DNA of 64,000 bases from Balanoglossus misakiensis (taxonomy: Eukaryota; Animalia; Hemichordata): assembly GCA_040954595.2 (NCBI GenBank), contig CM082596.2, positions 1,765,854-1,829,853 on the forward strand, written 5' to 3'. Of this stretch, positions 1-12,657 are shown in pieces (positions within the stretch are counted from its first letter, which is position 1; every line of letters starts with the position of its first letter). A program made the position numbers and the translations under genes. Below the pieces are notes generated by a model. That model saw nothing but the letters and a program-made list of their open reading frames with translations. It was not told the DNA's origin and searched no databases.

Positions 1-869
1 CAGATATAAGTTTCTTCCAAAGCTGCAGGACAGAAGTTCTCCAGATTTGGCCAATTGCACAGCAAAAGATTAGGATATCCCTCTTATCAATCTTTATGTA
101 CATATATTAAATTATTTTCAATACAGTGTGTGTCAGTGTGTATATGTGTGGGTGTGTACCGGTATATGTGTGGGGCTTTTGTGGATAGCCAAGACTTAAG
201 ATAGACACATTCCATTTGACTCTGATATAACCCCAATCAACGCCCAGACACCAAGTATATACATCCACTCAGAGACATCATGACCAAGCCAGGCCTCTAA
301 GCTTTTGATTGACAGATACCCTTTTATTGCCTTTCCAGAAATCAAAACAATTTTACATAACTTCTACTTCTCCGGAAAACAACCCTAAGTATCAAACTTT
401 GACCCTAATCCCCCAGTCACTTGTTTTGCAATGTTGTTTTGTTTGTGCCTTTGAAAAAATCTAATTTGCGTTGCTTTATTATTTTGCTGCTGTGCTCATG
501 CTTAATTCCCTTTATGCAGAAAATAACAGATTGGCATGCTTTTTGCATTTTTGTTTCAATAACCCACTTTCACTTTCTGCAAAGATTGCTGCTACTTTGT
601 GTATGCTGTATTTTCTCCCTTATGTACCTCACACTTTTTGCGATGATCTATGATTTGATCTTTGATATACTTTTTTCCAATTTGGTGATTTATATCAAAT
701 GGTCTTGACGTATCCACAGTTTAAAAGCATTCACATCATGATACAGCCTTTCATTCTGCACTGGTTATCCTTTAAAAAAATTGCATTTTTATCATTTTTC
801 ATTGTTCGTCACTTTTCTTTGTTCATCGGCCTGCAGCACTTTTGTTCATTGCATGCTTTGTTTTTGCAG

Positions 870-3800
870 ATTCTGACTCAGATTCAGATTCCACCTCTGA
901 TAGCGATTCCGACCCCAGGGCCCAAAGTTTCCATACGGTCTGCCAAGAGCTAGAACGAATGGTAGTCCAATTGCAACAACGTAAGTGAGGAGGCCCATGC
1001 TTTCTTTCCAGTAGACAACCAAGGGAAGTACATGTACACACACTTGTCCATCACACACCCTTTACACAATGACCTCTTTGACATCATTCGGAAGTTGTCT
1101 TCTGAGCAGGGTTCAAAGGGTTAATCAAACAGTGTACACCCCTTTTAGTTTCCAAATCATTGACTGATCCTTTTGTGTGGCTGGTCAATTCCATTTAACA
1201 ATAGGGGTGAAAATGGGCAACAAAGCATTTATCGAAAAAATGTTAAGATCAAGGCAAATGGTCATATTTCAGTATTTCTGTCCCAAAAATAAATTACTGT
1301 TTTTATGTAATAAGGACAGTTTTTAGACACGTTTTGCTAGTTTGTATGAAACAGTTATATTTACTTAACAGCTAAACTGGCCTACAATGTTAGTGTAGAT
1401 CTCAAAAGCAATTAATACTAACAAAGCATTTTGTCCCTTTTGTCCTGATTATGCAAACACAAAGTCCAGATTAATACTTCTAACTTCCACAGGCTACTAA
1501 CTCTCTGTGTATATGATGCTACTAGTAATAGATCACATGCACAGTACGGAATATTGTATGACTGAGGAGATCCGTTCCGAATAATTGTGCAAATAAAGAT
1601 CCATGAATAGTGTCAAATTTCACTTGGCCATTTCAGTGGATAGTTTGAATGGAATTTGCATATGAATAGTCATTTGCATATTGGCGGATATTTAAATATA
1701 AATGAACTCATCAGTTCGGTATATCCGTGCATATAAAGAGTTTACGTTGCCTTCTAATGTTGGGTAATTTATGGCTAATTATGTTGATATAGTTCGAATA
1801 TCGAGCAGTCACTGCATTCACCCAGAAATGCAGATGAAATTAAATTATTTTCACTCCATCAATCTCTGGAAAATATTATAACTCCAGACGATCAGGGCCC
1901 ACATTCGTCTGTGCACTGGTCTGTGCTGAGAAATTCATAGGCTTTTGTTAGGAGTTTCCATTCAGTGTCTCTGTCTTGAAGATAAAAAGGTCAGTCCTTT
2001 ATTCAGGAACAATTTCCTTTGTTCTCCATTCTGCTCCTGTCAGCCGAAGACATCGGAGAGTCCATTGCCAAGTTCTCCATCGGCGTACAGGTTCCCAAAG
2101 ATGCAGTGAGGGAAGTTGAGGGATTAGTTCTGGATGCAACGGACGGTTCAGGAAGATGCCATTCAAGACGCAGGGTAAGTTTTTCCATGTTTGATCTCTG
2201 TGTGAGGAATGATGATGATGATGATGATGGTGGTGGTGATGATGGTGGTGATGATGATGATGATGATGATGAAGGTGGTTGTGGTTGTGGTGGTGGTGGT
2301 GAAGATGACAGTGGTGTTAGTGATGGTTGATGAAAGTTGTAGAGGTTCATTGACCGACTGGATGATTCTGCTGAAAGCAAAGTTGATGATAAATATTTCA
2401 TTGAGCTGTCACGATGATGTTTCTGTATGACTGGCAGAGCATTTAAATTTTTCACAAACTCTAAAGTTGGGTATTTCCAGTGGTGATAGCATTTAATATA
2501 AAAGCTTTCAGAGTTGCAATCATTGAGTCTATTGTTACAGTTTCTTTGTTTGAAATGAATTGTGTTATCCATATATAACATATAGTCATCTATTCAGTCT
2601 TTGTTTAACGTTTTTTCAAAGTCACCGTTATCTGAGACAGTACGATTTCTTTTCACCTTTTTTTATTACGATTGACAGGGAAAGTGGGCCTCCCTTGTTG
2701 ATGATTTTATTCAGAATAAATCAAATAACATCTGGCATGACAAATGACTTTTAAAGAGAATCTGCTGATTTATGTATTTTCATTCATTCCGTGTTCTTCC
2801 CTAAAAATAGAGATTTTAATCCCGGAATGGTATTTGTTTTAGATTGTAAGAGGATTTATACGGTAATCCAAAAGCAGCTTTTCAAGTAGATTATTCTGAC
2901 AAGGGGTATTGTTTTTGTTACTGCATTTAACAAGCTGTGCAGAACGAGCTTATTTTAACACTTCCCATATCTCCCTACCATCTATTGTGTTCAGGACAAC
3001 ATTAAAACTGTCTGAGATATATTACATTACTTGCAGGCACGTTGGATATTGATCTTTCAGTGTCGCAGAAATACAACTAATTGATTTAATTTTGGTGCAA
3101 ATATTTGATTAATCATAGAAAAATACAGGGTTACTTTCCTCGGCTCAGAATAGATGACTTTAATCTGTACATGGATTTAATATTGAGCCAGAAAGATCTA
3201 GCGTACAGTGTATCAAACCAAGCCTTACAAATAGGCTGTACTGTGACTGTAACATAATTATCATAAGTATATGTCTATACAAAAAGACACATATTTATTT
3301 GAGTTTGGTTTTAGCACAAAATGCTTAGTATTACAAATCTGGAAAAGCTGGAATATTTTTTGTCTTCTTTCCATAGTCTGTGATGCAGTTCTTTGATAGT
3401 GTCACTTCGCATTTGTGGTGCCATTTACTTGGCATGCAGTGTGATCCTTTGATAATTGTGCCCTTTTTAGTTTCCGCAATTAAGAGGAGTCTAAGATGTT
3501 AACAGTCTAGGCATGCGTTTCATTCATACAGCGTATGTAGATGAGATCGGCTGCCTCTTTTGTATCCAAATTGGCAATTTTTCTCGAGTGCGCTGATGTC
3601 AAAGTTAAGAGTAGTAAAAGCACGATGGGTGCAGAGAGACAGGTATGACTCAGTTGTATGAGTCAGTGCTCTGTCGTAGTCTGGTTGAATCAGAGTGATA
3701 AATGTGTCCGGGTGTCTGTGATGTCGGAGAATTTCAGCTGCCGGATCGGTTAGTTTTTAGGGTGTGTTCTGTGGGTGAACTCGCGTCTCGATGTATTGCC

Positions 3801-6800
3801 AGAGATTCTGCTGTTCCAGTCAGACTTGAAATGGGCAGGAGAATTTTTTTCACCTCTGGATAATTCTGATCCTGAATGAATATGGGTACATGTAAGTATT
3901 GTCTTGAGCATTGTGTTAGCGGAAATTTGTGTTGTCTGATATTATCTCATTTTTCATCTGTCTGAACCGACCACTTTCGAATTCAAATCTATACACTGAA
4001 ATATTACCAGTAAAGCGGAGACCTTTATTTTCTTGTTCATGATCCTGAAATGCAGACAAATAAACCTAAATTGTTGACAGAATTAAATTTTGACACATTT
4101 TTGTCACAAATCTGTTTTCTGGAATGTGCCAGCATTTGAATTGGCAGTTAATCATGCGCTTTCTGTTGATTTGGTTTTCAATGCATGGAAAGGTATCCCA
4201 CTGGGTACTCTTCATCAGCCACACCTCCGACGGAAAGACGTGTCTCTCTTTAACACGGTTTCAGTTTGATCTTTGAATCTCATGATCCTCTCAGTATTGA
4301 GAGCGTCTGTGTAGAGTCCTTGCAAAGGAAATTTCGACACAAGTGTTTTTGGAGTAACTGTGCATGTGCCGTAAAATGTGTTTGTGAGAAATAATTGGCA
4401 TGGAAGAGCTGGTGCTGTACATCCGGTTGTGTTGTAATTACCTCATGTCTTTGAGTGATGCAAGAGTGCGTGATTTGCAATTCTTATTTCGTGTATCACT
4501 CTCCATCCTGCATAAGTCAGAAGATGATGTACAATGTACATTTGATAAACCTGTGATGAAAATTTGTCATAGACTGCATATTTAAATGATGTAAAATATT
4601 AGTCAGTCAGTGATATGTCATCAGTGATGAAGACAAGAAGTGAATCAGCTTAGAATGCTTTTCCCTTTTTAAGGACCTTTATTTCAAGTGATATTTATGA
4701 ATTCATGTTCTCTGTTAATACTTTTTTATATTCATTTATTTTCCATCCAGTGTGCCAGGAACAGGAATGTTTTGCTTTGAGCGGACAAATAATAAAATGG
4801 ATTGTGTTATTCTTACGTATTTCAGGGGAAACACCACAGACGCAGGCATTTCATTAGAGACGATGGCAGCAGCATTGTTGGAAGCATTCCAAGCCCAATA
4901 GAGGAACAGATATCACCACCAATAGAAACATTGCCACGATTGGATGAAAGTGATGCTGGAACTCCATTGGTGAATGGTGATGATCGGGCGGCTCTCCTGG
5001 AAAGCCCCAAAAAGGTTAGATTCAGCGAAACACCGACTTATGTTGAACCAAGTTCCCCTGAAGAAGGGGGACATCTTTCTCCAATTAAGGAAGATATCAC
5101 GATGAACAGCGCTCCACCGCCGGATGTTGCCGCAAGGGAAGAGGACGGAATCAAGGATGAGAGGTTTATGCATGGATTGAGGAGTGGGAAAGAAGCATGG
5201 CCAAGAGGGGAGGTGTTAGAGGGAGGGGAGAATGGAGGCATGCATGTGGATGTGGCTGTTGGGGGTTCGCTTGATGAGGACACAGCTGATGGCTTCAATT
5301 CACACTCTGCATCCAGCCTTACAGATGACCACAGTAGAAGTGATGGGAAACACTCTGAGGTAAATGAAACTGTTAGGAGAGAACGAGAGATAAGTAATCA
5401 TGAAAACTCGAGCAATTTCCAACCGAATGAGAGTGTTGGAGCCCAAGAGACAGAGATCAGTAAAAGACAGGGCCCTCAAACATTGAAATCAAAGTCAGAT
5501 TCTCTAGAGTCAACATCAAGTTCAAGTGCGGATCAGATTGATCGTTCCGACTCAATTGAGACTCACTTCCCGTCAGAAAGTAGCCAGAGTAACGTATCCT
5601 CCCCAGCCACTCCCCCACCAAGCAGGGCCTCAGATGAATCTAACAATGATCTTAATGATTCCGATGACATTGAGGCAGAACTCCAACATCACACTATGTC
5701 TACAAGCACAAGTTCAGAGACAGTTAAGAGTGAAGGGTATTATACTCCAGAAGACATCAAATCTCCAGATTTCATGCAGCAGTTACAAAAATTCACCCGC
5801 GACAACTCCGACGAGAGTCTTTCAAAAAGTGAATGGGACAAACGTTCTTTGGCTGCGTCCGAGTATTCGACTGATTCCAATTTAGAATACTTGACTCCGC
5901 TCTCAGAAACTGAACCATTTGGTTTGTATGAGCATGCCCGAATTGATGAAGAACTTTTGAAATCGGAACAGTTGTTGCAAGAGATCTCTGATGACACTTT
6001 GACTGAGGAAAAAGAAGCCATTGATAGAGTTGTCAAAGAGGTTATTGAATCACTTGTCAACTATGTGGTTGCCATGAGTGATAGGTTGGATGCAGTTTCC
6101 ATGGAAACAGTCGCTAAGACCATAGTTAAGTCAAGCCCCACAGAAGTGGGTGAACGATCAACTGTGCATGAACAAAAACAAGAACTCAGCAAGGCTGTGC
6201 CTGTTTCGTTTCAGAGTGACGAAATTCCCTCACGGTATGTCAACGGAGAAATGTCCCAGGAATGTGAGGCTGTTGTGACAGAAGCCATTCCCAAACCGGT
6301 AATTGAAGAGGCGGCAGAGTTCATGGATGAACCGGTTCAGATGGTTAGTGTCAGTGAAGTGGAGAGCATGCCACAAGATCTTCCAGACGTTGTCAAGGAA
6401 CAGGTCCATCAGCAAAGTGTCTTGGAAGATGCTGTCGTGCAGGATACCATCGATCCTCTGGAACAGTATTTCATCAGTGGTGACGGCGACGCAGTATCGG
6501 ATGAGGTTATTGTGCCTTCAGTACAGCGGGAAGCATACGCCAATAGGACGCCTCTGCCTGGAATACTTCCACAAGTCAGAGACACTCGGGACATCGAGAA
6601 TGATATCAACAGCGACGTAAGTGACCATTACGAGATCTCGTTGGAAGAAACCGTTGACAATGAACCCGTCATGCGTTTGAATATCTGTGATCAGCGATTG
6701 CTGCCTGAGTACAGCGATGATGATGTTGAAGGAGAGGATATGTTGCCGCCTTCGTATGAAAGCGCTGTCACTGGTCAACATCTGAAAGACCTTTACGAGG

Positions 6801-9800
6801 AACCAGAACATGAGATAGAATCAGATGCTGAAGCTAAGCGAGCAGCATTTGGAAGAATACCAACCATTGAGATTACAGAACCCGTCAAGTCGCCTGATGC
6901 CAAAAAGACGCCTCCACCCCCCGAAGTTCAAGCTGATGTCACCCGAGTGACGCAGCAACAGATCCCAGACGTTTTGGAAACTAATCACTATGACAACGGC
7001 CATGGCGACGAAGAAGAAGAATCAGGGGGGAGTGAAGGTTCCATTAGTCGGTCACCAACACTGGAGATACTTGAGCTGGAAAAACGAGAAAAGGCGGTAC
7101 AAGAATTGAACTCAGAACCTCCAAGTCAATTTTCAGGAGAAGCTGCTGCACGTGTAGACTTTGAATTTGAAAAACCTGTACGTTCACGTTACGACTATGG
7201 TGATCTTCTCTATCACTCGCCAAGTGATGAAAAGAATGGAAACTATATAGGATCTCTGCTTGCTGCAGAGGAAGACCACCCATCACCGACAGATGATGAT
7301 GTGGATGTAACTGAGGTTGATGGGCACTTTGCTGCAGCAGTCGAGCAGATCCCAGAGAGTATCAAGGAGCCGAGTGCAAAAGGAAAAGAAAATGGTGATG
7401 CAGTTTTCAGTAGAGAGACGTCTGCTGAAACCCATGAGATTGAACACGAAGAGAAATTGATAGAAAAGAAAACTGTGGACTCGGTTGAAGCATCTGTAAA
7501 AGATGAACCTTTGGTCAATATTGGTCCTTTAACCTCGGAAAGTCTAAGGCGACTGTCCGAACACAGTCAGGACGAGGACTATGGCCTGAATGGCCTGGAT
7601 GACCGATACAGGATTGAGAGACTCTCACCCCGTCACACCTTGCATGACGACCTTGGTGCTGATTCTGATTCTGTGAGATCCATTGCATCTTCCACAGTGG
7701 CTTCTGGTTCAGATCTTGATTACTTGGAATCTGGAGATGAAGATGAGATCTTGCATAAAAGTTCATCTGACGAGGATGATCTTGACTTTTACGCTGTGGC
7801 CGGTATTTACGAAGACCCGTTCAAGAGAGCGTCAGGTGGCATCATGGACGTGGAGAGAACTCACAGACCAACACCGCCACCATCGCCCAAATCTTCACCC
7901 AAAAAGAAGGAAAGTTTAGAAATCGCTAATCTGACCAAGAAGGTGTCCCTTAAACAAGGGGAGGTTCTTGATTCAGCTGAGGATGTGCTTACGTCTGCAA
8001 ACCAGGTGAGAAATAAGTTGGGAGCAGATCGAACTCTTTCAAATTTCATGTATTACATAGTTTTGAAAAATTGTGGCTGGTCTTCATGTGTTTATTGGCA
8101 TGTCTGTTTTCATAATATTGCTCTATGCCTGCCTCTTTCTTCTCAGATGCGAGAATTGCATGAACAGGTAGACCAGCTTGAAGCCTGCATATCCAAGTTA
8201 GAAAATGAAGTGATTGGTCGCCAGACATCACAAGAAAGCAACGTCAGCTATACAGACACATCATTCTCTATTCATCCACGCAGACAGGTAAAATCAATCA
8301 TTATTAAATCTTTTGGGAATCAGGAATAAAAATCTTTCCATGGCCACTGCTGTTAAATGTTGAGTGCAGATTTTCTGGTCATCAGTGTAGAAATAACAGT
8401 CATTAACTCACTTTGAGAATTGCAAGGGAGCTCCACTTAAATCTTTAAGTAGAGCTATTTCACTTAATGTATGCTCTTTACGTAATCTATGACAGTCTGA
8501 CTTATTTTTTTGTGCAGGTCAGTGTGGAGAGTGGTGGAGACGGTGAAACAGAGAAACAGACCAAGAGACCACAGGTATTAATCATTCATTAGTTGTATTT
8601 AAATCTCATTCATATCTGTTTGATGAACATCATTTGCATAGTGGGGGTAGGGTGGTCTTCGATGACATGAGCCAGAAATGTAGTAGTATTCATATTATTA
8701 AAGTAGAATGTGTCTGTTTTGTTTCTTGTAAGGAACAACTCGTCGATGATGTGCAAGCCTTGGAGGAGGAACTCCTTGAAGCAACTGTAGACAACTCTGA
8801 AAATGAAGTAAGTCAAACTGCCTCATATCTCAGTTCCTGTTGTGATCAATAAACCACAGATTCCATAGATATGAGAGAAAAAATCTTGACTATTCTGAAA
8901 TTAACACATCTCTGTCTTTCATCACAGCAAAGTGCAGCATCAGCCGTGAGAATGATCACCGATACTGTCTTAAAAGTCATCACATCAACAGAGAAGTTCA
9001 TATCAGACGAGCAGGCCGCTGATGCCAGTGGTGATGATGGTGAGGAAGATCTTGGGCGATTACATATCAGTGAGGATTCTGGTGATGATTCAGCTTCGAA
9101 GAAAGGTTAGTTTGAAATTGCAGTGGAAGTAATTATCAAATGTTATAATAATTGTACTGAAGATGACATGACAGAGAGAGAGAGAGAGAGTTAAAATGTA
9201 CATGCTTGTATGTTGTATAGATCTTTGAGAGCTGCTCTCATAACTCACTAACCCTGTATTTCTGCATTTGTGAATATTTAGATGACAATGGTTCTTGGAT
9301 GGACATAAAACTAGAAGTGCTTGAACCAGACATCCTTGCACCAGAACCAATCAAATCTCGAATTGCAAGCAGCAAAGTTCAAGAAGAAGTGGCCAACATT
9401 GAGGAAAGGGTAAGGAACCAGGATTTTCTCGGCCAATAGAAATGTTACTAGAACCATCTTGACCAATAGAAATTTGATTTCTCTGATATGAAATGACATC
9501 ACAATATCTGACAATGGTCAGAAATTAATGTGTCAACCCTTCTTTTCACGCGGTAGGTGTACATGTCAGCAGGCAAGGTGTTCTCGCTGGAGGAAAGAAT
9601 GAAACAACTTGAAGGACAAGTAGACGAGATTGATCAGAACTCGCCGGAACAACAGCTGGTGGATTTGGAAGACAAGGTTGCCTTGGCGATAGCTCAGGTG
9701 GCACAGAGTGAACAGCAGGTAAAATCACATATTTGGTTTTTGGCAAGTGCGTTTAAATTTTTGAAGTATTTTATACTTCTGTCATGGAGAAAGCTGGAAG

Positions 9801-12657
9801 TAGCCTGAAAAATTCAGAAATAGAGAGATATTTTGAGATGACTCCTTTTGATATTTTGACAGTATAAAGTCGTCTTGGCATGCATTTTGTTTGTTGGTAA
9901 ATTATTTCTCTCCTTTGCTTTTACTTCAGTGTTGTGTCTTATACAGAGTAAGTCCATAAAAATATTTGATGGCTTCACCATGGTTTCATTATTAAGTTCA
10001 CTCCATTGAAACCCAATCTCTATTCTCCAGCAACCATTTAAACATTCCCTTTGTAGCTATATCCCAGTACCACTACAGCTCAAGTCTTAGAGAACCACAT
10101 ACATGTAGATATTCTTCTGGGATTTCTGTGTACATATTTTGATGTGCACTTTCACATATAAAAGAGACACTAGTCTGACTTGGTAACCATGTTTCATCAT
10201 AGAGGTGTCTAACGTTAAGTTTATCATCTCTGTAGACATTCTGGCATCAAACAGTCATCTCTATTGGTAATCTGGGTATAGAGTCTAAAATTTCAATTGC
10301 AAAACACACACACACAGTCTTAAACCTGAATTTTCAGCTATCACTGCACATGAGCAGCTAATGACCAGTCGTTTCTCAACTAAGTACTGTATGGTTCATG
10401 TAGAGTTACTGAAGGAAGTGTAGTGAAGACTTTATTCAACATTTGTCTCTTGTTCTTATACCCTAGGTGCTTTCAGTTCAAGAGAGAATAGCTGATTTGA
10501 ATCGTGCCAGTGGTGGGTCCATTGGCTCAAAGTACACCACGCAGTATTCCTTGGATTCAAGTCTTCCAAAACAAGATGGCGGCAGCCCCTCATCGCTACG
10601 GGCAACGGATCAGAAATCATGGAGGAAGTGGGTACCACAAGCCGCAGCTGAGAGAAAACCTGAAGTCCCAACCTCACTTCCGTTGGCCGACAGAGATGAC
10701 TCGTTCAAACGAGGCGGATTTGTACGAAGTAGTCAGAGAAAAAGTGCAACTATGAGATGGCGACCTGTGGAAGCACCAACTACAGGTAAGCAGCAACTTC
10801 TAGTTTTTAGTTTTGATACAAAGAGCTTCTGCACTGTAATGCAGTAAAATGGCTGATGTAATGAACCTAATATCATTTAAACTTTTTTATTTGTCAGAAG
10901 AAAGTGGTGCTGCCGGGGGAAGCGAGGTGAAACCAGTTGAAGCTGAGAGAGAGGAAGTTATGGTAAGGAGAAGAGGATCAGTTAAGGGAATAGCAGCCAT
11001 GTTTGAAAGGCAATCATCTGGAGAGTCTGTCAGTAGTGACAGGTAAGTACAACCTGTTCACCCCCCCCCCCCTTTCCCACACACACACACACACACACTT
11101 AGAAGTGGTATGGTTCTTCCTGGTCACAGAACTTGCTCCATCTGTTTCAATATCCCCTTTAGAATTTCATACCAGATTTCAAAATCCCACCACTGCCACC
11201 AGTTAAAACAGTTTCTGATTGTAACCCTGTATACTTTTGAATCCCAGTAGGTCTGGAGAAAGTGGCAGCACAAGAAGTCAATCATTACGCGAAGGCTGTG
11301 ACGGCAGACGAGGTGAAATCCCACGGCAACGACCTTACAAGGGTAAAGCATCTAATGACTCTTTTATCTATAGATACTTGAGCCCGACAAGAACGCTCTA
11401 TTTCGTCGATGTTTGCCAGATCTAATCCGTGGGACTAGACTGAAACAACAGCAAAAAGAAAAGGGTAAAAGTCTTGTCTGTGTGCCCCTGGTATAATCTC
11501 TGTATTTTGAGATCCATGTGCATGGCCTGCTTCAGTGTTGGCTTGCTTGCTTTTTTGGCACCTTGTGGTCACCCTGTTTTGTAGACTTGAGTTCTCAAAA
11601 ACAGGTTTGTAGTCATGGTAAATAATTGGAAATTGAGTTCTTTCAATTCCACAATGCATTTTTGTCTTGCTTCTGGAATTGAAAGATTATAAGCTTTGTT
11701 TGAGAATTCAGGAGCTCATGGCAATCATCTACCATAATATCAAAATTTGTTCAAAAATTATTCACACTAAACATTCCCATCAATTGCCATAGTTGCATGT
11801 TGCAATCATAGGAAGTCTTACTTTCAGTTTTTACCAAATTTCGGTTCTGATTTCATCTTTTGACTTGAAATTTAAGAGAATGGTTCAAGCTGATCATGTT
11901 TAGCACGCGGGTTTCTAAACTCACCAGCACAAAACATATTAATCACTCCGAATTCTAACATTCAGTATTTTTATCTTGTTTCTCCAATTTGAAGAAGTTT
12001 CAGCATAAAAAGACAGAAGGTAGATTTACCACTTTTACAGTAATCTTTATTCTAGTTCTACAACGCCAACTCACACTTTGCTAACTATAAATCTAATATT
12101 CCAGTACTAGTCTATATGCCGTATTGTAGTGAAGATACAGATACACAATTGCTTTATATCTAGCAATACTATTTTCCTGGCTCATCGCTGTGATATTGTA
12201 GAAAAGAGATTGTTCTTGGGATTAAAAGAACACCATGTGTAAAGACTGTATGGTACAAAACCTTAGTCATCCTGCCAAGAATACACCACTTAAAATTCAA
12301 TCCCCCAAATGTTATCCTTTGTCCAAAATGTTAACAATAACATCATCTAGGATGGAAGAATTATCTGGTATATCTTGATGTAGAAAAGTTGTCTTAACTT
12401 AGTGCTTGGTGCTTCGCTATCTTGAATGCATGCATTTTTTTCAGTTTATTTAAAGACATACTGTAGAGGTTTAATAGATTGTTTTCTGTATATTAGTTGT
12501 AGGTTTTCAAAGTGTATTCTAATAGGATTATATTTATTCATCTAGCTCGTAATAATCAAAATTTTATGGGTTCAAAATTTCAGGCTCGATTAACCGAACA
12601 CAGTACTACCTTGAGAAGAAACCCCAGAAAGTACAGATTTACACAAGTCTGAGATGA
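870..12657 (+). CDS. MYRIP: MyRIP/melanophilin (Slac2)-like Rab effector, 3' part (the N-terminal Rab-binding domain presumably lies upstream of the window)
   Basis: Phase-consistent GT-AG exons: 870-980, 2044-2174, 4826-8005, 8147-8287, 8518-8574, 8733-8807, 8928-9105, 9282-9409, 9557-9718, 10467-10785, 10898-11042, 11251-11425(stop), with an alternative terminal exon starting at 12584. The peptide VYMSAGKVFSLEERMKQLEGQVDEIDQNSPEQQLVDLEDKVALAIAQVAQSEQQVLSVQERIADL matches, from memory, the MyRIP/MLPH C-terminal coiled coil (VYLAAG.VY.LE..L..LE...LEDQVA.AAAQV..E.QIS.IE.RI.AL). Confidence 0.8.
2209..2330. repeat. Compound (GAT)n/(GGT)n microsatellite in MYRIP-like intron
   Basis: Visible GATGATGAT...GGTGGTGAT run starting just after the donor at 2175; source of spurious poly-M/V/D/S ORFs. 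Confidence 0.95.
3646..3665. promoter_or_regulatory. Paired AP-1 (TRE) sites in MYRIP-like intron; candidate enhancer or internal promoter
   Basis: TGACTCA 3646-3652 and TGAGTCA 3659-3665, followed by a CpG-richer stretch and a donor-like CAT|GTAAGT (GT at 3892). Confidence 0.35.

Noticed and set aside
2003-2581. Poly-Ser/Pro, poly-Met/Val and poly-Asp/Gly ORFs
   Set aside because: Translations of an intronic GAT/GGT microsatellite; only 2044-2174 is a real exon.
4802-8329. 1175-aa ORF as a stand-alone gene
   Set aside because: It is an internal exon plus a read-through intron and the next exon of the MYRIP-like gene; its start and end are intronic.
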